From: Gracilinanus agilis
Lineage: Eukaryota
DNA: 64,000 nt
Assembly: GCF_016433145.1 (NCBI RefSeq)
Contig: NC_058130.1
Location: 86,034,640 to 86,098,639, forward strand
Reading direction: 5' to 3'
Positions within the stretch are counted from its first letter, which is position 1. Every line of letters begins with the position of its first letter. Position numbers and translations under genes: made by a program. The notes under the pieces were generated by a model. That model was given only the letters and a program-made list of their open reading frames with translations. It had not been told where the DNA came from and did not search any database. This document shows positions 1 to 12,916 of the stretch, piece after piece.

Positions 1-690
1 CCTGCCCTTTGATCCAGCCATACCATTGCTGGGTTTGTACCCCAAAGAGATCATAGATAAACAGACTTGTACGAAAATATTCATAGCTGCGCTTTTTGTG
101 GTGGCAACAAATTGGAAAAGGAGGGTATGTCCTTCAATTGGGGAATGGCTGAACAAACTGTGGTATATGCGGGTGATGGAATACTATTGTGCTAAAAGGA
201 ATAATAAACTGGAGAAGTTCCAGGCGAACTGGAGAGACCTCCAGGAACAGATGCAGAGCGAAAGGAGCAGAGCCAGAAGAACCCTATACACAGAGACTGA
301 CATTCTGTGGTAAAATCGAATGTAATGGACCTCTGTACCAGCAGCAATACAATGACCCAGGACAATTCTGAGGGATTTATGGTAAAGATGCTACCCACAT
401 TCAGAGGAAGGACTGCAGGAGAGGAAACATATAAGAAAAACAACTGCTTGAACGCAAGGGTCAGGGTGGACATGATTGGGGGTGTGGACTCGAAACTACC
501 ACACCAATGCAACTACCAACAATTTGGAAATTGGTCTTGATCAAGGACACATGACAAAACTAGTGGAAATGCGCATCGGCCATGGGTGGGGGGTGTGCAG
601 GGGGGGGGTTGAAGGGGAAAGGAGGAGCATGAATCATGTAACCATGTTAAAAATGAATATTAATGTTAAAAAAAAACTGAAAAAAAAATT
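1..690 (+). mobile_element. LINE-1 3' end (ORF2 C-terminus, 3' UTR, A-rich tail) in a NEK4 intron
   Basis: ORF 26..313 reads LGLYPKEI...KIFIAALFVVA..W....CPSIGEWLNKLWY...MEYY, the L1 ORF2 C-terminal segment. A G-rich tract at ~585-615 and an A-rich tail at ~665-690 follow. Confidence 0.9.
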
Positions 691-779
691 ACAAACTATT
701 ACCAATATGAAAAAAATGCTCCAAATCATTCATAATAAGAGAAATATAAATGAAAACAATCCTCAGTTTTTACCTCACA

Positions 780-1540
780 CCCTGAAAATTGTCAGAGATG
801 ATAAAAGTTGGGAAGAGTCGATGTTGGAGATGAAGGAAGATAGACACACTGCATTGCTGGTGGAGGTATTAGTACAACTGTTTTGGAAAGCAATTTGTAA
901 TTATTCAAATAAAGTGGATAAAATGTCCATTTGCTTTGATCCAGAGATTTCATTACTAGGTTTATACACTAAGGAGACCACTGATAAGTTGAAAGTTCAT
1001 CTATATGCCAAAATATTGATAACAGCACTTTTTATGATAGGAAATAATTGGGAGGGAGGATACATTAGGGGAGTAGCCAAACAAAATGTTACATAAATGT
1101 AATGGAATATTACTGGGCTGTATAAAATTATGTATGTGATGAATGCACAGAAGCTTGGAAAGATCTATATAAACTAATACGCAGTGAAATTAAGCAGAGC
1201 CAAGAAAGCAATGTACAAAATTACAATAATGTAAATGGAAAGAAACACAAAAAAATCAAAAATAAATGTTGCACAATTATAAAGAAGTAGTATGGTTCCA
1301 AAGAAGAGAAATAAGAAGACATTCCTCTTTTGCAGAAATAGAAGGCCCACAAGTGCTGTACATTATTCATATTTTTGGACTTTATATATTGATCATTTAT
1401 CTTGATCCCCTCCCCTTTTTTTGTGTTAAAAAATACAACTTGTTATATGGAATAACTCTGGGGTGGAGGAGAGAAAAATTAGTGGAAACTATGGTGACAT
1501 AAAAAAATCATTAAAAATATCATTAAAAAATTTTTAAAGT
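780..1540 (+). mobile_element. Older degenerate LINE-1 3' fragment
   Basis: Degenerate translation FDPEISLLGLY.KE...KILITALFMI..NW and a later ATGGAATATTACTG motif match the L1 ORF2 C-terminus; boundaries are approximate. Confidence 0.75.
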
Positions 1541-1613
1541 GAACCTGAGTATACATTAATTTTTAGATGAAAATTCCTAAAATTAAACTAGTTATAAATG
1601 CACTCTTCCTCAG

Positions 1614-4244
1614 GAAAGGCCATACAAATGAAATGAATGATTTGGTACAACTGATGACTCGGACACTAAAAATGGACTCTAAAGAGAATTGTGAGAATCT
1701 TCCAGTCCTTCTTCCTGTGTCAGAGTTTAGACTGCATCGAAAATATAGAGACACACTAATGCTGCATGGAAAAGTTGAAGAGGATTCAGAGGAACTTAGG
1801 TTTCAAGAACTTTCTCCAGGTCTGTGACGTGTTACTTTTTAAGCAAACTGGAAAGTCTCTCTTTATTGGAAGTAGGATACTTAAAACTCAAATGATGAAA
1901 TAGTAGTTTGAACATTTGATATTACTATTACTATCAAGGGCTACCTTTGATACCATGCCTTTTCTTGAAAAGTTGCACTTTTGTAAATAATACCTTATTT
2001 TAGATATATTAGGAAAGCTTAAGGTTTAAAGAACCTGTCAGAACTTACCTTTCCCCCCAAATCCTCCCCTCTTCCTAACTTCTTCATACTGTTGAGAGCA
2101 CAACTATCCTCTCAGTTTACCCAGGCTCACAAACTAGACGCCATCTTTAAGTACCCTCTCATATTTATTCCATGTAAAAACCTATGAACATATTTCATAC
2201 ACCTCCTCTTCTCTCCACTCAAACAGCAACCTCCTGGCAAAGGATCTCATTACTTCATGCCTAGACTATTGCAATAGCTTGTGGATTAATCTTGCCTTAA
2301 GTTTCCCCCTACTTCAGTCAATCACTCATCTACCAAAGTGATCTTTCCTAAAATGAACACACTCTCTCTCCCCCTCTCTCCCTTTCTCTCTCTTTCCCTC
2401 CCTCCCCTCCTCTCTCTCCCCTCTCCCCTTCCTTCTTCCCTTCCCTCTCCCCTTTAGAGCTTTTGCCACCTGTCTCCTTTCTGCTTTTCAAATCTATTCA
2501 TACAACATCATAACTCTTATTATCTAGCAACACTGGCCTCCTTACTATGTCATCTTGCTCACAATACTCCTTTTCCCAACTCCAGTCCTTTTCATTGGCT
2601 GTCTACCTGTGCTTGGAATGTTCTCCCTCACCTTCATCTAGAAGCCTTTCCTGGCCCCATTTGTCTTTACCCCTATGGCTAGTGACTTCCCCTCTTGGTT
2701 TACATTACTTACACTATATGAATCATATACATATGTATGTAGCTGTTTGCATGAGCTCCTCGACAGTGGGGACCATGTTTTTGCCTTTGTTTTTAAACCA
2801 TTTCACACAGTGCCCAACCCAAAATTAGCCTTTAATAGATGCTTGTTGATTGATTGATTGATTGATTGATTGATAGATAGATAGGGGCTTCTCTTTCATA
2901 TAAGCTCACCTCCTGATTTACTTGGATTTTAATTGAGCATGTCTAGTTTTCCCAAAGCAAGGCTCATCTCCATGGGGCTGGGTGCCTGGCAGTATTCCAA
3001 AGAGGACTGTGTCCTCATTGTCATGTCTAGCTGATTCACAGATGAAGCCTATGTATGTTGTCTCTTCCATTAGTAGGCAAGTCCCCTTACAAGCAGGTAC
3101 TGTCTCCCCAGTGCTCTGCACAGTGCAAGCTCTTAATACTTTTTTTCATTCAATAAGGTGTAAAACCAGTTTTGTACACATTTCCAGTCATTCAGTAAGG
3201 CTTGGAACCAGTTTTGTACATATTCCCAATGTGTACAGAATTGAAGTATTTATCTTTACAAATTGTACTCAATAAATAGAATGTTATAATTCATTAAAGG
3301 TGAAAATGCTTTTATGAATAACTTAAGATAAATAAATGTGTGCCATTCTTCTTGCTATGTCTATGTAATAAGATGATTATTGTCATCATTTTTTAGCTGT
3401 TGTTTCAGGTTCTGAAAAGATCAGAAGAATGGTTGAAGTCTTGAGAGCTGATGTAATTCAGGAGTTGGGAGTGAAACTTTTAGAGAAGGTATATGATCTC
3501 ATGGAAGAAGATGATGAATTGAAGAGAGAGGTAAGTATAAAGCCCTGGATGATCTGTTTATCTTTAAGATGAGTTTACATAAACTTTTAGTACAATTTTT
3601 CTGTGAACTAATTTTTATTTCCCCTGCCCAGCATAGCACTTTGAATATAGTGGGTACTCAAGACAGAATTGGTCCAAATATAGATTTATGCTTCCTCTCT
3701 TCCCAAATACGGCTTGTAGAAAACTTGATGTATACTGTTTTTCAGTTCAATGCATGCACATATTAGGAACTAGGGACTAGGAGCTATACCTGTGATTTCA
3801 ATGCTATAGGGAACCCTTAGGTTAGAAACTCCCTCTGTCAATGCATGTTGACATCTTATTTGCAATTTATAGTCTTAGAAAATGGCCTAGAGTACTGAAG
3901 TGAAGTGACTTGCCTACAGTGACAATGCCAATCAATGTATGTCCAAAGCAAGACTTGATAAGTCTTCTTTGAGATCAACTTACTATTGCTACACTGCTTC
4001 ATTATATGGCTTCAAGTAAAACTATGACATTAGCTTTTATTATCAATCTATCCCCAACTATGGCAGCCAAAATTGTTAGTACTTTGAGTTATATTGCAAT
4101 AACTATCTGGTATGCATATTTTTCATACTGATTTTTCTTTATTCCAAATAGGTGCATTTACAAGAGCATTTGGGTGAAAAATATGTAAATTACAGCACAA
4201 AAGCACGACTCCTGAAATTTTTTGAAGAAAATGTGAATTTTTGA
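1614..4244 (+). CDS. NEK4: NIMA-related kinase 4, last three coding exons (5' partial)
   Basis: Exons 1614-1819 (KGHTNEMNDLVQLMTRTLKMDSKE...LHRKYRDTLMLHGKV), 3397-3530 (AVVSGSEKIRRMVEVLRADV...LKRE) and 4152-4244 (VHLQEHLGEKY...KFFEENVNF*). All have AG/GT ends and consistent phases, and match the recalled human NEK4 C-terminus. Confidence 0.95.
2060..2884 (+). mobile_element. L2 LINE 3' fragment with internal CT-rich tract and (GATT)n/(GATA)n tail
   Basis: Typical L2 3'-end motifs (TGAGCTCCTCGACAGTGGGGACC...CACAGTGCC...TAATAGATGCTTGTTGATTG), a polypyrimidine run at ~2360-2452 and a microsatellite at ~2846-2884. Confidence 0.75.
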
Positions 4245-5151
4245 GCATTTGTCCCAATCTGTTGTCAGAACTGAAGTTCTATTTTTAAAGGATTTTTTTT
4301 CTCCTGAAGAAATTACCTCAACCAAATATATCAGATCAGTGGCCAATGAATTTGGCCATCCTTGCCTTTCTGGCATTTTTGTTTTGCAGGAGTATAAATA
4401 TGGACATTATTAAGTGCCGTTTTGGAAGAGGCCTTTTTTAAAAAAATGACTTAATGAGTACCATTATAGTGGTAAGAGAAAAGTGTTTCATGTTTTACAT
4501 GAAACTTATATAGTTAAGTAGTTTGAAAGCATTATGTATCCAGGATTTCTTCTAAAATAGTCAAAAGCGTACCAGTACATTGTACCAGTACATAACAGTA
4601 TCAAAGCAGGGGTTTTCTAGGTTGATAATAGCAATGTAACAAACTACCAAAGCAAATGGCTTTAAATATTATTATATGCATGATGATGAGCATAGACTGC
4701 ATTATTAGTAAATGCTGTGATGGTAGATGGTTAAATTTAAGTTGGTGCATGATCTTTATGGATTTGAAAAATGGGCCTGTATATAGTTTAAAAATTAACT
4801 GCTTTTAGTTTGAGCAAGATACTTGCAGAACTGAACATTATTTAAGTTGTGCTTTTGGCTTATTTATTCAGTATATGTTTATATACTGGCTTTGTTAAAT
4901 TCATTTTTTCATCAGCCAAGACATACCTGAATATTAATTCCTTTTGGAATGAAACAATTTGTAAGTAAAATACAGGTGCTTTTGAGCTGAATTCGAGGCA
5001 TTTTATGTCTCTTGAAATAGAGAATTCAGCTTCCTTGCATAGTCTCCTTTTTTCTGTTTGCCTTTTTATTATGACACTTATTGTCTGTCCATGTTTTGAA
5101 GGTCTACTGTGTATATTTTAGTAATTGTTTTTTATAAGAAAATGACTATCA

Positions 5152-5157
5152 AATAAA
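5152..5157 (+). terminator. Candidate NEK4 polyadenylation signal AATAAA
   Basis: AATAAA about 0.9 kb after the NEK4 stop, followed by a T-rich tract. Confidence 0.5.
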
Positions 5158-6689
5158 TAGCATTTTGTTAAATGAATATTGTTTAAGTAAATTTTTGATG
5201 TAATGGAAAATTCCCAGAACTTGGATCTGAAAACTTGGCTTGGATCAGATGATGTTACAGTCAGGCAGCCATTACTCATCTTCTGTAAAACAGAGATAAT
5301 AATACTTCCACTACTTACCTTGAAGACTTGACATGAGGAAAGATCTTTGTAAGCATTAAAATATTACCTGAGGAAATGGGGGCTACATTAAGGGAAGTGC
5401 TAACATTTTAATTTACCTAGAGGTGTTTTCCTTTTTTTGTAGATTTTTAAGACTATTTACCACTTTGAATGCTATAAAAGACATTACTGAAATACAGCTT
5501 TGCCTTCTAGTTCTACTTTTTTTTTAACTGGGTCTTTGTAGAATCTACCATATTAAAACATAGGTCTTTGTTTCATAATCTAATTATCACAATAGGCATG
5601 ACAACTCTGCTCTTTTTAAGAACTTTAAGTCAAGTAGCATTAGATTATGCTGGATATAAATGTTATAACTTATATGTGGTGGAAATCCCAGAGGCAGATT
5701 GCCAAGATGGTGGTGTTCTTTTAATACTTCTACACTTTATAAACCATAGCTCCCTGACATGAATGACTCAAATTTTACTAATAGTACTAGTCCTCCTATC
5801 AAACAATTCAAAGAAATTATGGAGGAAGCATTATTGTGTGATGGAAGGAAATAGAGAACCAGGGTTGGCTGCATCTGCCAATTAGCATACTATGTTGTTT
5901 TTCTATTTACCTACCGCTATAATGAAACCTCCTTAGGAAGATTGTCACATCTTCATGTTACCTTCCTTACCATGTTTTAAAAATTAAATTGAAATAGATG
6001 CTCTTATAGGTGCTTTCCAGCTCCAAATACCTAGCTCCTATATCTTTTGCCTTTTGATTTATTTGCTCATTGTAACAATGTCGTTATTAATGTTTATGTG
6101 GGAGAGTAAGGTTACTAATTCCTAGTATCCTGGATTTAGAGCTGGAATCCCATCTTATTTTTGAGGTCTTCTCCAAGGTCCATCCCAGCTCCAGCATTGA
6201 TTGTGTCATCTAATTCAATCTTCCTTCCATGATGTTTTTTACATACTTTCAAAAAATATTTAAAAAAATTTTTTCTGACATGTAGAAACAATTTTTGACA
6301 ATTGTTTTCTGACATTCCTTCCTTCCCAGGCAGATATAGGTTATACCAGTACTTTCATGAAATATATATTTCTATATTGCTCATGTCATAATAGAAGACA
6401 CAGAATACACATACAATAAAAATCATGAAAGAAATAAAGTGGATCTTTGTGCTTTGATCTGCGCTTGAACTCCCAACAATTCCTTCTTTGGCTGTGGTTA
6501 GCATTTTCATTATGAGTCCCCTGCGGTTATCTTGGAAAGTTGTTTTGTTAATAATGGTTTAGGCCTTCATAGTTAATCATTGTACAATATTTCTGTTACT
6601 CTGTCTGCTGTTATCCTGGTTCTGCTCACTTCACTTTGCATCAGTTCATTTACAGTCTTTACAGGTTTTTCTGAACTCATCCTATTCAT

Positions 6690-7240
6690 TGTTCTTTATG
6701 GCACAATAGTATTCCTTCACAACAATATACCACAACTTGTTCAGCAGTTCCCCCCAAGTAATGGACACCCTCAGTTTCCAATTCTTTGCCACTACAAAAA
6801 AGAGCTGTTAAAAATATTTTGGTACAGCTCAGTTCTTCCTCCTTATCTTTGATCTCTTTGGAATATAGATCCAATAGTGGTATTGCTAGATCAAAGTGTA
6901 TGGCCCTTTGGGCCTCCTTCCATGTTGCTCTCCAGAATAGTTATATCAGTTTATAGTTCCACCAACAGGGTGTTAGTGTCCCATTTTTCCCCCATGTCCC
7001 CTCCAACATTTATCATTTTCCTTTTGGTCATTTTTCCTATGCCTAGATAGTTGGTTTTTTCCCTCTGAAAACTGCCTGTTCATTTTCTTTGACAATTTTT
7101 CATTTGGGGAATGCTTTGTAGTCTTATAAATTTGCCTCAGTTTTCTATATATTTGAGAATGGGGCTTTTTGGAGACACTTGGCTCAAAATTTTTTTTTTT
7201 ACAAATTTGTTGTTTCTCTTCTAATATTGGTTGTGTTGGT
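6690..7240 (-). mobile_element. LINE-1 ORF2 3' fragment, antisense
   Basis: Minus-strand translation DLYSKEIK...CTKIFLTALF matches the L1 ORF2 C-terminus. Confidence 0.8.
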
Positions 7241-7438
7241 TTTGTTTTTCTCTACATATTCTTGAGAGGTGGTCACTTAACTTTTCCTTTAATACCAACA
7301 TAATTGGCAAGCTCCTTGCCCTATGAGGCCTGTTGTTCTCTTTCAAGACAGCTGTAGTTTTCTAATACTGAAATGAAATTTACTCCCCTATAACATCTAT
7401 TCATTGAGCTTCAGTCTGGCTCTAGCAACTATATAGAC

Positions 7439-7641
7439 CAGGGGTTGGCAACGTATAGCTCTCAAGCCATATCTGGCTCTTTTGAGAGCCAGATATGGCT
7501 CTTTCTGCAGGAACCATAAAGTCAATTTTTTTTCACTGTTATAGGAGTGCGCACTGTGAGCACTGTACGGCTCTCACGAAATTACATTTTAAAAAATGTG
7601 ACGTTTATGGCTCTCATGGCCAAAAATGTTGCCGGCCCCTG
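7439..7641. mobile_element. Non-autonomous hAT (Charlie-type) MITE, 203 bp
   Basis: TIRs CAGGGGTTGGCAAC / GTTGCCGGCCCCTG; 8-bp TSD ATATAGAC (7431-7438) / ATATAGAG (7642-7649). Confidence 0.9.
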
Positions 7642-7994
7642 ATATAGAGTACTACTCTTCTTTAGTCCCTACTCCTTCAGATATATGAAGACAACTATGC
7701 TATCTCCATCCTGGTCTCTTAATTCTGGCAGAGACTGCATTTCTTCCCCAATATCTAATGTATTATTTCGCAAATAAGTACTTAATGTAAAGCTGTTGAA
7801 AAAAATTTGATTGTGTCCCGATACCTCAGCACTGTGATTACCCTCCAGCAGGCTTTCCAATTTACCATTATCCTTTTTGTATCCTATTAAGGGAACCTGT
7901 AGTCCACTGCTAATAAAATGTCCTGAACCTGATCACTTGAATTGTTTCCAAGATTTTTAAACACTCTTGTTCTTAGCTTATTAAGAATCAGATA

Positions 7995-8234
7995 CAGTGG
8001 TGCCTTGATACACAAGTTTTATTTGAGATACAAACAGTCACAATCGGGATTTTTTTGCTTTAAGTCACAAGTGAGTATCTGAATCTTGAGCTTCTGCCTG
8101 TGGGAGGAGCCCGAGGTGGAGAAGGTAATCAGTACAATTGAGATTAAGGAAATGTTGAGGATTTGACACAGAAGCAAACTGAGTTAAACACTTGGCCATG
8201 GAACAAATTAAACTTTTGTGTCAAGGTACCACTA
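7995..8234. mobile_element. Tc1/mariner (Tigger-like) MITE, 240 bp
   Basis: 22-bp imperfect TIRs (CAGTGGTGCCTTGATACACAAG vs reverse complement TAGTGGTACCTTGACACAAAAG, 18/22 identical), flanked by TA on both sides. Confidence 0.75.
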
Positions 8235-8326
8235 TATTGCTGAGGTTGAAATACTCTAAGTTTTACTGAATTGTCCAAACTTTGTTACAAGTATGGTCCT
8301 CATGCCATCCATCTACTTCCTGGAAT

Positions 8327-8413
8327 AAGCTAATTTCTCTAGCTCACTTCAGAAAGAAAGCATGCAAAGAAAGCTAATTTCTCTAGCTCACTTCAGAAAG
8401 AAAGCATGAAAGA
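8327..8413. repeat. 44-bp tandem duplication (2 copies)
   Basis: AAGCTAATTTCTCTAGCTCACTTCAGAAAGAAAGCATG(C)AAAGA at 8327-8370 and 8371-8413, differing by one deleted C. Confidence 0.95.
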
Positions 8414-9031
8414 AGTAGTACCTTTTATATGCCAGCAACATTAGTTAATTATTAGTTGGAAATGCATTCTAAACAAAGTATAATTTTATTAAGTCATACG
8501 TCCCAGAATGCCGATTTTTCTTAAGAATGATTGCTGATCATTTAAAGTTACTACCACTTACTGCCTTTTAGGGGAAGGGGAGCTACATGTTAAGGATTTT
8601 TTAAAAACTTCATTTTTGAACTGTCAGCTACAGAATAGTATACAAGTCTACTCTCATTCACAAAAGCAGTATCACAATAAAAACTGCTAATTGTTGCCTA
8701 TTTACTGCATAAAAGACCTTTTAATAATGTAAAGCTTCAATAAAGCTTTGTTTAACTAAAAAAAAGTGCAGAATTGTTTTAATTAATCGAAATGGAATAT
8801 ATAAAATACTGCAACAATTACAATATTCATCTTATGAAATACTAGTGGGCTTTAAAGAACTTGCATATTTGGAGGCACATTTCATGTGACAAGAATGTCT
8901 TTCCTCCATTTCAAAGAAAATTTATGAAACCAATAACTGAAAATGTTTATGAACAAAAATCTAGTTGCTTTTGGTAAACAACAGATAACAAGCAAATTCT
9001 AACACAGCTCGGCAACAATAATGTAGGTAGT

Positions 9032-9037
9032 TTTATT
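9032..9037 (-). terminator. SPCS1 polyadenylation signal AATAAA
   Basis: TTTATT on the plus strand, ~77 nt downstream of the SPCS1 stop codon. Confidence 0.65.
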
Positions 9038-9113
9038 TTGTTGTGGATGTGACAAATCAAGAGATAGTTCACAAAACTGAATGGCTGTCGTAAGGTTGAC
9101 CATATGGCATGTT

Positions 9114-12100
9114 TCAGTTATTTTTAGAATGCCTTTTTATTTTTTTCTCTCCTGGTTTCTTGTCTTCTGATCCCGAGTCTTGAACAGGGAGCCATTTGAG
9201 GGGGTGTCGGCGATATATGGGCCACGGAGGAAGTGTCAGCTTGATGAAGGGAGGGAGAAAATTTATACCTTATATAAAAGTCATATGTTCAAACAACATG
9301 AATCAATGATCTACAGAATTTCTTTACTAACTTGTTACTGATTCCAAGTTTCTGTATTAGAGATATAGCAATATAGATCTCATTTAATAAAGTATAAGAA
9401 GAAAGTTGCTTTTAATGCCTTCTTGACCATAATCAAAGTAATTGATTTTCTATTATTATTATTCTTTGTCTCTGAGGACTATTCCAAACTCTTCTCTCCT
9501 GAACCTCCTATACCACTTCCTATCCCCACCTTCTTAGCAGAAGTCATTGCCTTGTACTTTTAAGAGAAAATAGAAGGCATTTACTATGAGCTCCTTCTCC
9601 CCTATATAGCTTCCATTTTCTTTTACTTGTATGTTTGATCCTATTCCCTCTTGTCTTCTTTGATTGCTCACTATCTTCACAAATTTTAAATTTCTTCTCT
9701 ACTGGTACCTTCCCTGATGCCTCCAAACCTACCCAGGTTTCCCTGTTTAAAAAACAAATCTCATTAAACCACACCATACCCTCAAGGTCCTAAATATTTC
9801 TCCTTCCTTTCATATATTCCTAGAAAAAGCTGTTTATATCCATATCCTCCATACTTTCTTCCAACAACTTGCAATATGGCTTCTAACTTCACAACTAAAA
9901 GTACTCTTCCCCAAGTTGCCAGTGATCTCTTAATTGCCAAATATGATAGCTGCTTCTAATCCTCATTCCATTTAAGGTCACCAGACTAATTGACACTAGT
10001 GACCACTTTATCATTTTGGATACTTCTTCTCTGAGCTTTCAAGGCACTGTTTTCTCTTGGTTCTCCTATCTAACTATTCCTCAGTCTTATCATCATTCTT
10101 ATCTTAATCCTAACTGTGAGGAAATCTCATGGCTGTATGGAAGGCCTTCTTGAATTCTCTGACTTTTTCAGTTCCAAAAGTTCAAATATCATCTCTATGC
10201 AGATGACTCCCAAATCTGTATATAATCATCTTAATCTCTATCTTCATACCACCAACTGCTTACTGGACATTTTGAACAATGACCTGTGGGTATCCTAAAG
10301 TTAGGATGTCCAAAGTAAAACCCATTACCCTTTCTCCCAAAACCAACTCCTTTTTCTCAACTTCCCTGCCTCTGTTGAAGAGGCTACTATTCTCATTACA
10401 TAGGTGTTGTTATGATTAAAATTGATAGACAGATGTAAATAGAAGTATTAATATTTCAATTAAAGCCATGTTGTTAAAAATAAAGATGACCATGCGCCTG
10501 CTAAGATCTAATTCAAATTGCCCGCCATACCTTCTGCCCACCTGGCTCCCTCATATCAAAGAGAGCTCACCTCCAATGCCTCAGGAGTCTTAAACAGTTC
10601 TTTTATGTAGTCACACTTCCTGTCTACCTGCATTATAAGAGGAATCATGGGAAATGTAGTTTCCAAGTCCCCTAACTGGCTACAGGAAGTTTGTCATATA
10701 TCTAAATATTTAAAACTCAAATGAACCCCAAATAACCCTCAAAAGAACCCCCAAAATTCCAAATAACACAGTGTGCAATCTTGATGACATCCTTAACTCT
10801 TCTCAAGACTCCCCAAAAATCTAATCAGTTATCAAATCTTGTCATTTTTGCCTTCATAATAGTGGCACATCTATCCCATTCTTTCCTTTCATACTAGATA
10901 AGGTCCTCATAACAGCCTGTTGGCCTACTGCAATAGCTATCTAATTGATCTCCTCACCTCATCTCCCCTATTCTAATCCAGCCTCCAAATAAATGGCAAA
11001 ACAATATTCCTAAAACACAATCACATCATTGCCCTACTTAAGAACTTCGTGGTTCCCTATGCCCTCTAGAATCAAACAGAGATTCCGCTAGCATTTAACC
11101 ACCTGGTTCTAACCACCTTTTTAATTCTTAAATATCATTTCGCCTCCCTTACTGTACACAACAACATAACCAAATCAGCCTTCTTATTGGTCTTTTTTTC
11201 TATGTAAATTTTACAACTGCTATCCTTTTACCCAAAAAAACGTACATAACTACTGGATCAATTAATGAGCATTTTGGTGAACCTATTACATCCCAGGGAC
11301 CAGGCTAAGCATTAGGGTACAAAGGCAAAAATAGCCTCTGCCTTCAAGGAGTGCAGAATCTGTCCAGGGGAAACAACATGTACATGATAAGCAAGGTAAT
11401 TCTGAGGGGAAGAAACATATGCAAAGGCTTCATGTAAAAGATGGCATTAAAGGAAACTAGGTGAGGCAGTAGATTCTAGTTATAAGGGACAGCCTGTGCA
11501 AAGGCTAGAGATGGAATGGGAAAAGGAGTAGGGAGAGCACAAGAAATCTTTTCCAACCCATAATTTAAAGACCCTTGTCTAGGGTGGGGCTAAGTCTGCT
11601 TTGCCGCTAAAGCACAGCACAGTATTTATGTAACAAGCAGGAATTAAAACATATATGACATTATAATGACAATAAATGGAGATACTGACTGAAGATGACC
11701 AGTAACAAATTTCATCTCTCACTCTTCCATAAGTGCTATAAAATTAAAAAAAAAATTTAAGAACTGGTATAAGATGCCTGGGATCTAAGGAGGCGTTTCT
11801 TACCAAGCATGAAAAAGCAAATCCGGCCATAACAATATAGACCGTCCAACCAAACTGTTCAGCCACATATCCATAGATAAAGCCAATTACCTAGGAGAGA
11901 GACAGGTCTCATTAGGAAAAGCTATGATGAAAAAAGCAAAAATTAAATGACAGATACTTACTGCAGAAAAAAGAATTATTCCCTGAAACATCTGTTCAGC
12001 TAACTTCTGACCCTTATAATCCTAGAGGCATAAAGAAAAAAAAAAAAAAGCAAAATCAACCAGTTCTTCAACAATCCTTCATTTCTACACGATATTTTCA

Positions 12101-12916
12101 TTTTGGATGGTTCTTGCCCCAGATCAGCCTTATTGCTAAATGGCATTCCATCAGGGAACCACTGGAAAAAGGGTGGGGATAGACGGCAGAGAATCTGGGA
12201 GCTTGAACAAAAGCCTAAACAGAGGATGTTCAGGGTAACCAATGCCAAGAGATTAAAGTGTTGAGAGGGGTTGCTAAGAAAGGAAAACGGCAAACTGAAG
12301 CAGCAAACTGAAAAAAGCTACTTCGTTCAGAGATTCACAACTGAGAAAGCATTATAAAAGGAGGGAAAAACCAAAAGACACTGAAGACAGTAGGGGCGGG
12401 GCCAAGTGTTGGGGCTAGAAAGAGCACAGAGAGAAAAGATCCCAGCTGTGACAGCCTGCTCCTCAAAGAGGTCATCCCTCCCACCAGGTCTCAGAAGGAC
12501 CTTTGCACGTTTCAGTGCCCAGGAGAATGTAAGCTCCTCCAGGGCAAGGCCAGCGCTGGGCACACTTTGGGGCGCTTCACAAAAGCTGGCTCTCGCTCAA
12601 CCCCTAGGATTTGTCGCCATAGTACACCACAGAGAGTGGGCGCACTCACCATCTGCGTGGGCAGGGAACTCAGTCCGTCCAATATGATTGCCTTTGGGGG
12701 CCCGCGGCGCTGCAGGGACACTGAGGCACTGCGCTTCGGGGACCCGGACGGGTCGCGGCTGGAGCTGACGAACGAAGAAGGGCCTGACAGAGGAGGAAGC
12801 AGGAGGTCCTGAGCTTGGGACCCAGTGGCGCGGCTCTGGTGCACAGCGAGCCGAATCCCGGAAGCGGATGTCCGGGCAGCGCAAATCGAGGACCCGCTCT
12901 GCCCGCCCCGCCCCAT
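9114..12916 (-). CDS. SPCS1: Signal peptidase complex subunit 1 (SPC12); 4 coding exons, start codon uncertain
   Basis: Exon 1 ends at 12650 (..[11 protein letters not shown]|gtgagt); exon 2 12021-11962 ([20 protein letters not shown]); exon 3 11890-11804 ([29 protein letters not shown]); exon 4 9239-9114 ([16 protein letters not shown]...KRHSKNN*). The position equivalent to the usual Met1 is ATA (12685-12683). In-frame ATGs lie at 12916 (179 aa) and 12652 (91 aa). Confidence 0.95.
9500..11420. mobile_element. L2 LINE fragments in SPCS1 intron 3, interrupted by a solo LTR
   Basis: L2-typical text (ATCATCTCTATGCAGATGACTCCCAAATC, CTACTGCAATAGC, TTAGAACTTCGTGGTTCCC) on both sides of the LTR; boundaries are approximate. 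Confidence 0.65.
10408..10770. mobile_element. Solo ERV LTR, 363 bp
   Basis: TG...CA termini (TGTTATGATT...AATAACACA) with 4-bp TSD GTGT at 10404-10407 and 10771-10774. Confidence 0.65.

Noticed and set aside
476-1096. 206-aa ORF
   Set aside because: Chance read-through joining an L1 3' UTR/A-tail to an older L1 ORF2 fragment; not a gene.
8327-8413. Direct repeat as a CRISPR-like array
   Set aside because: Only two adjacent copies, no spacer, vertebrate context.
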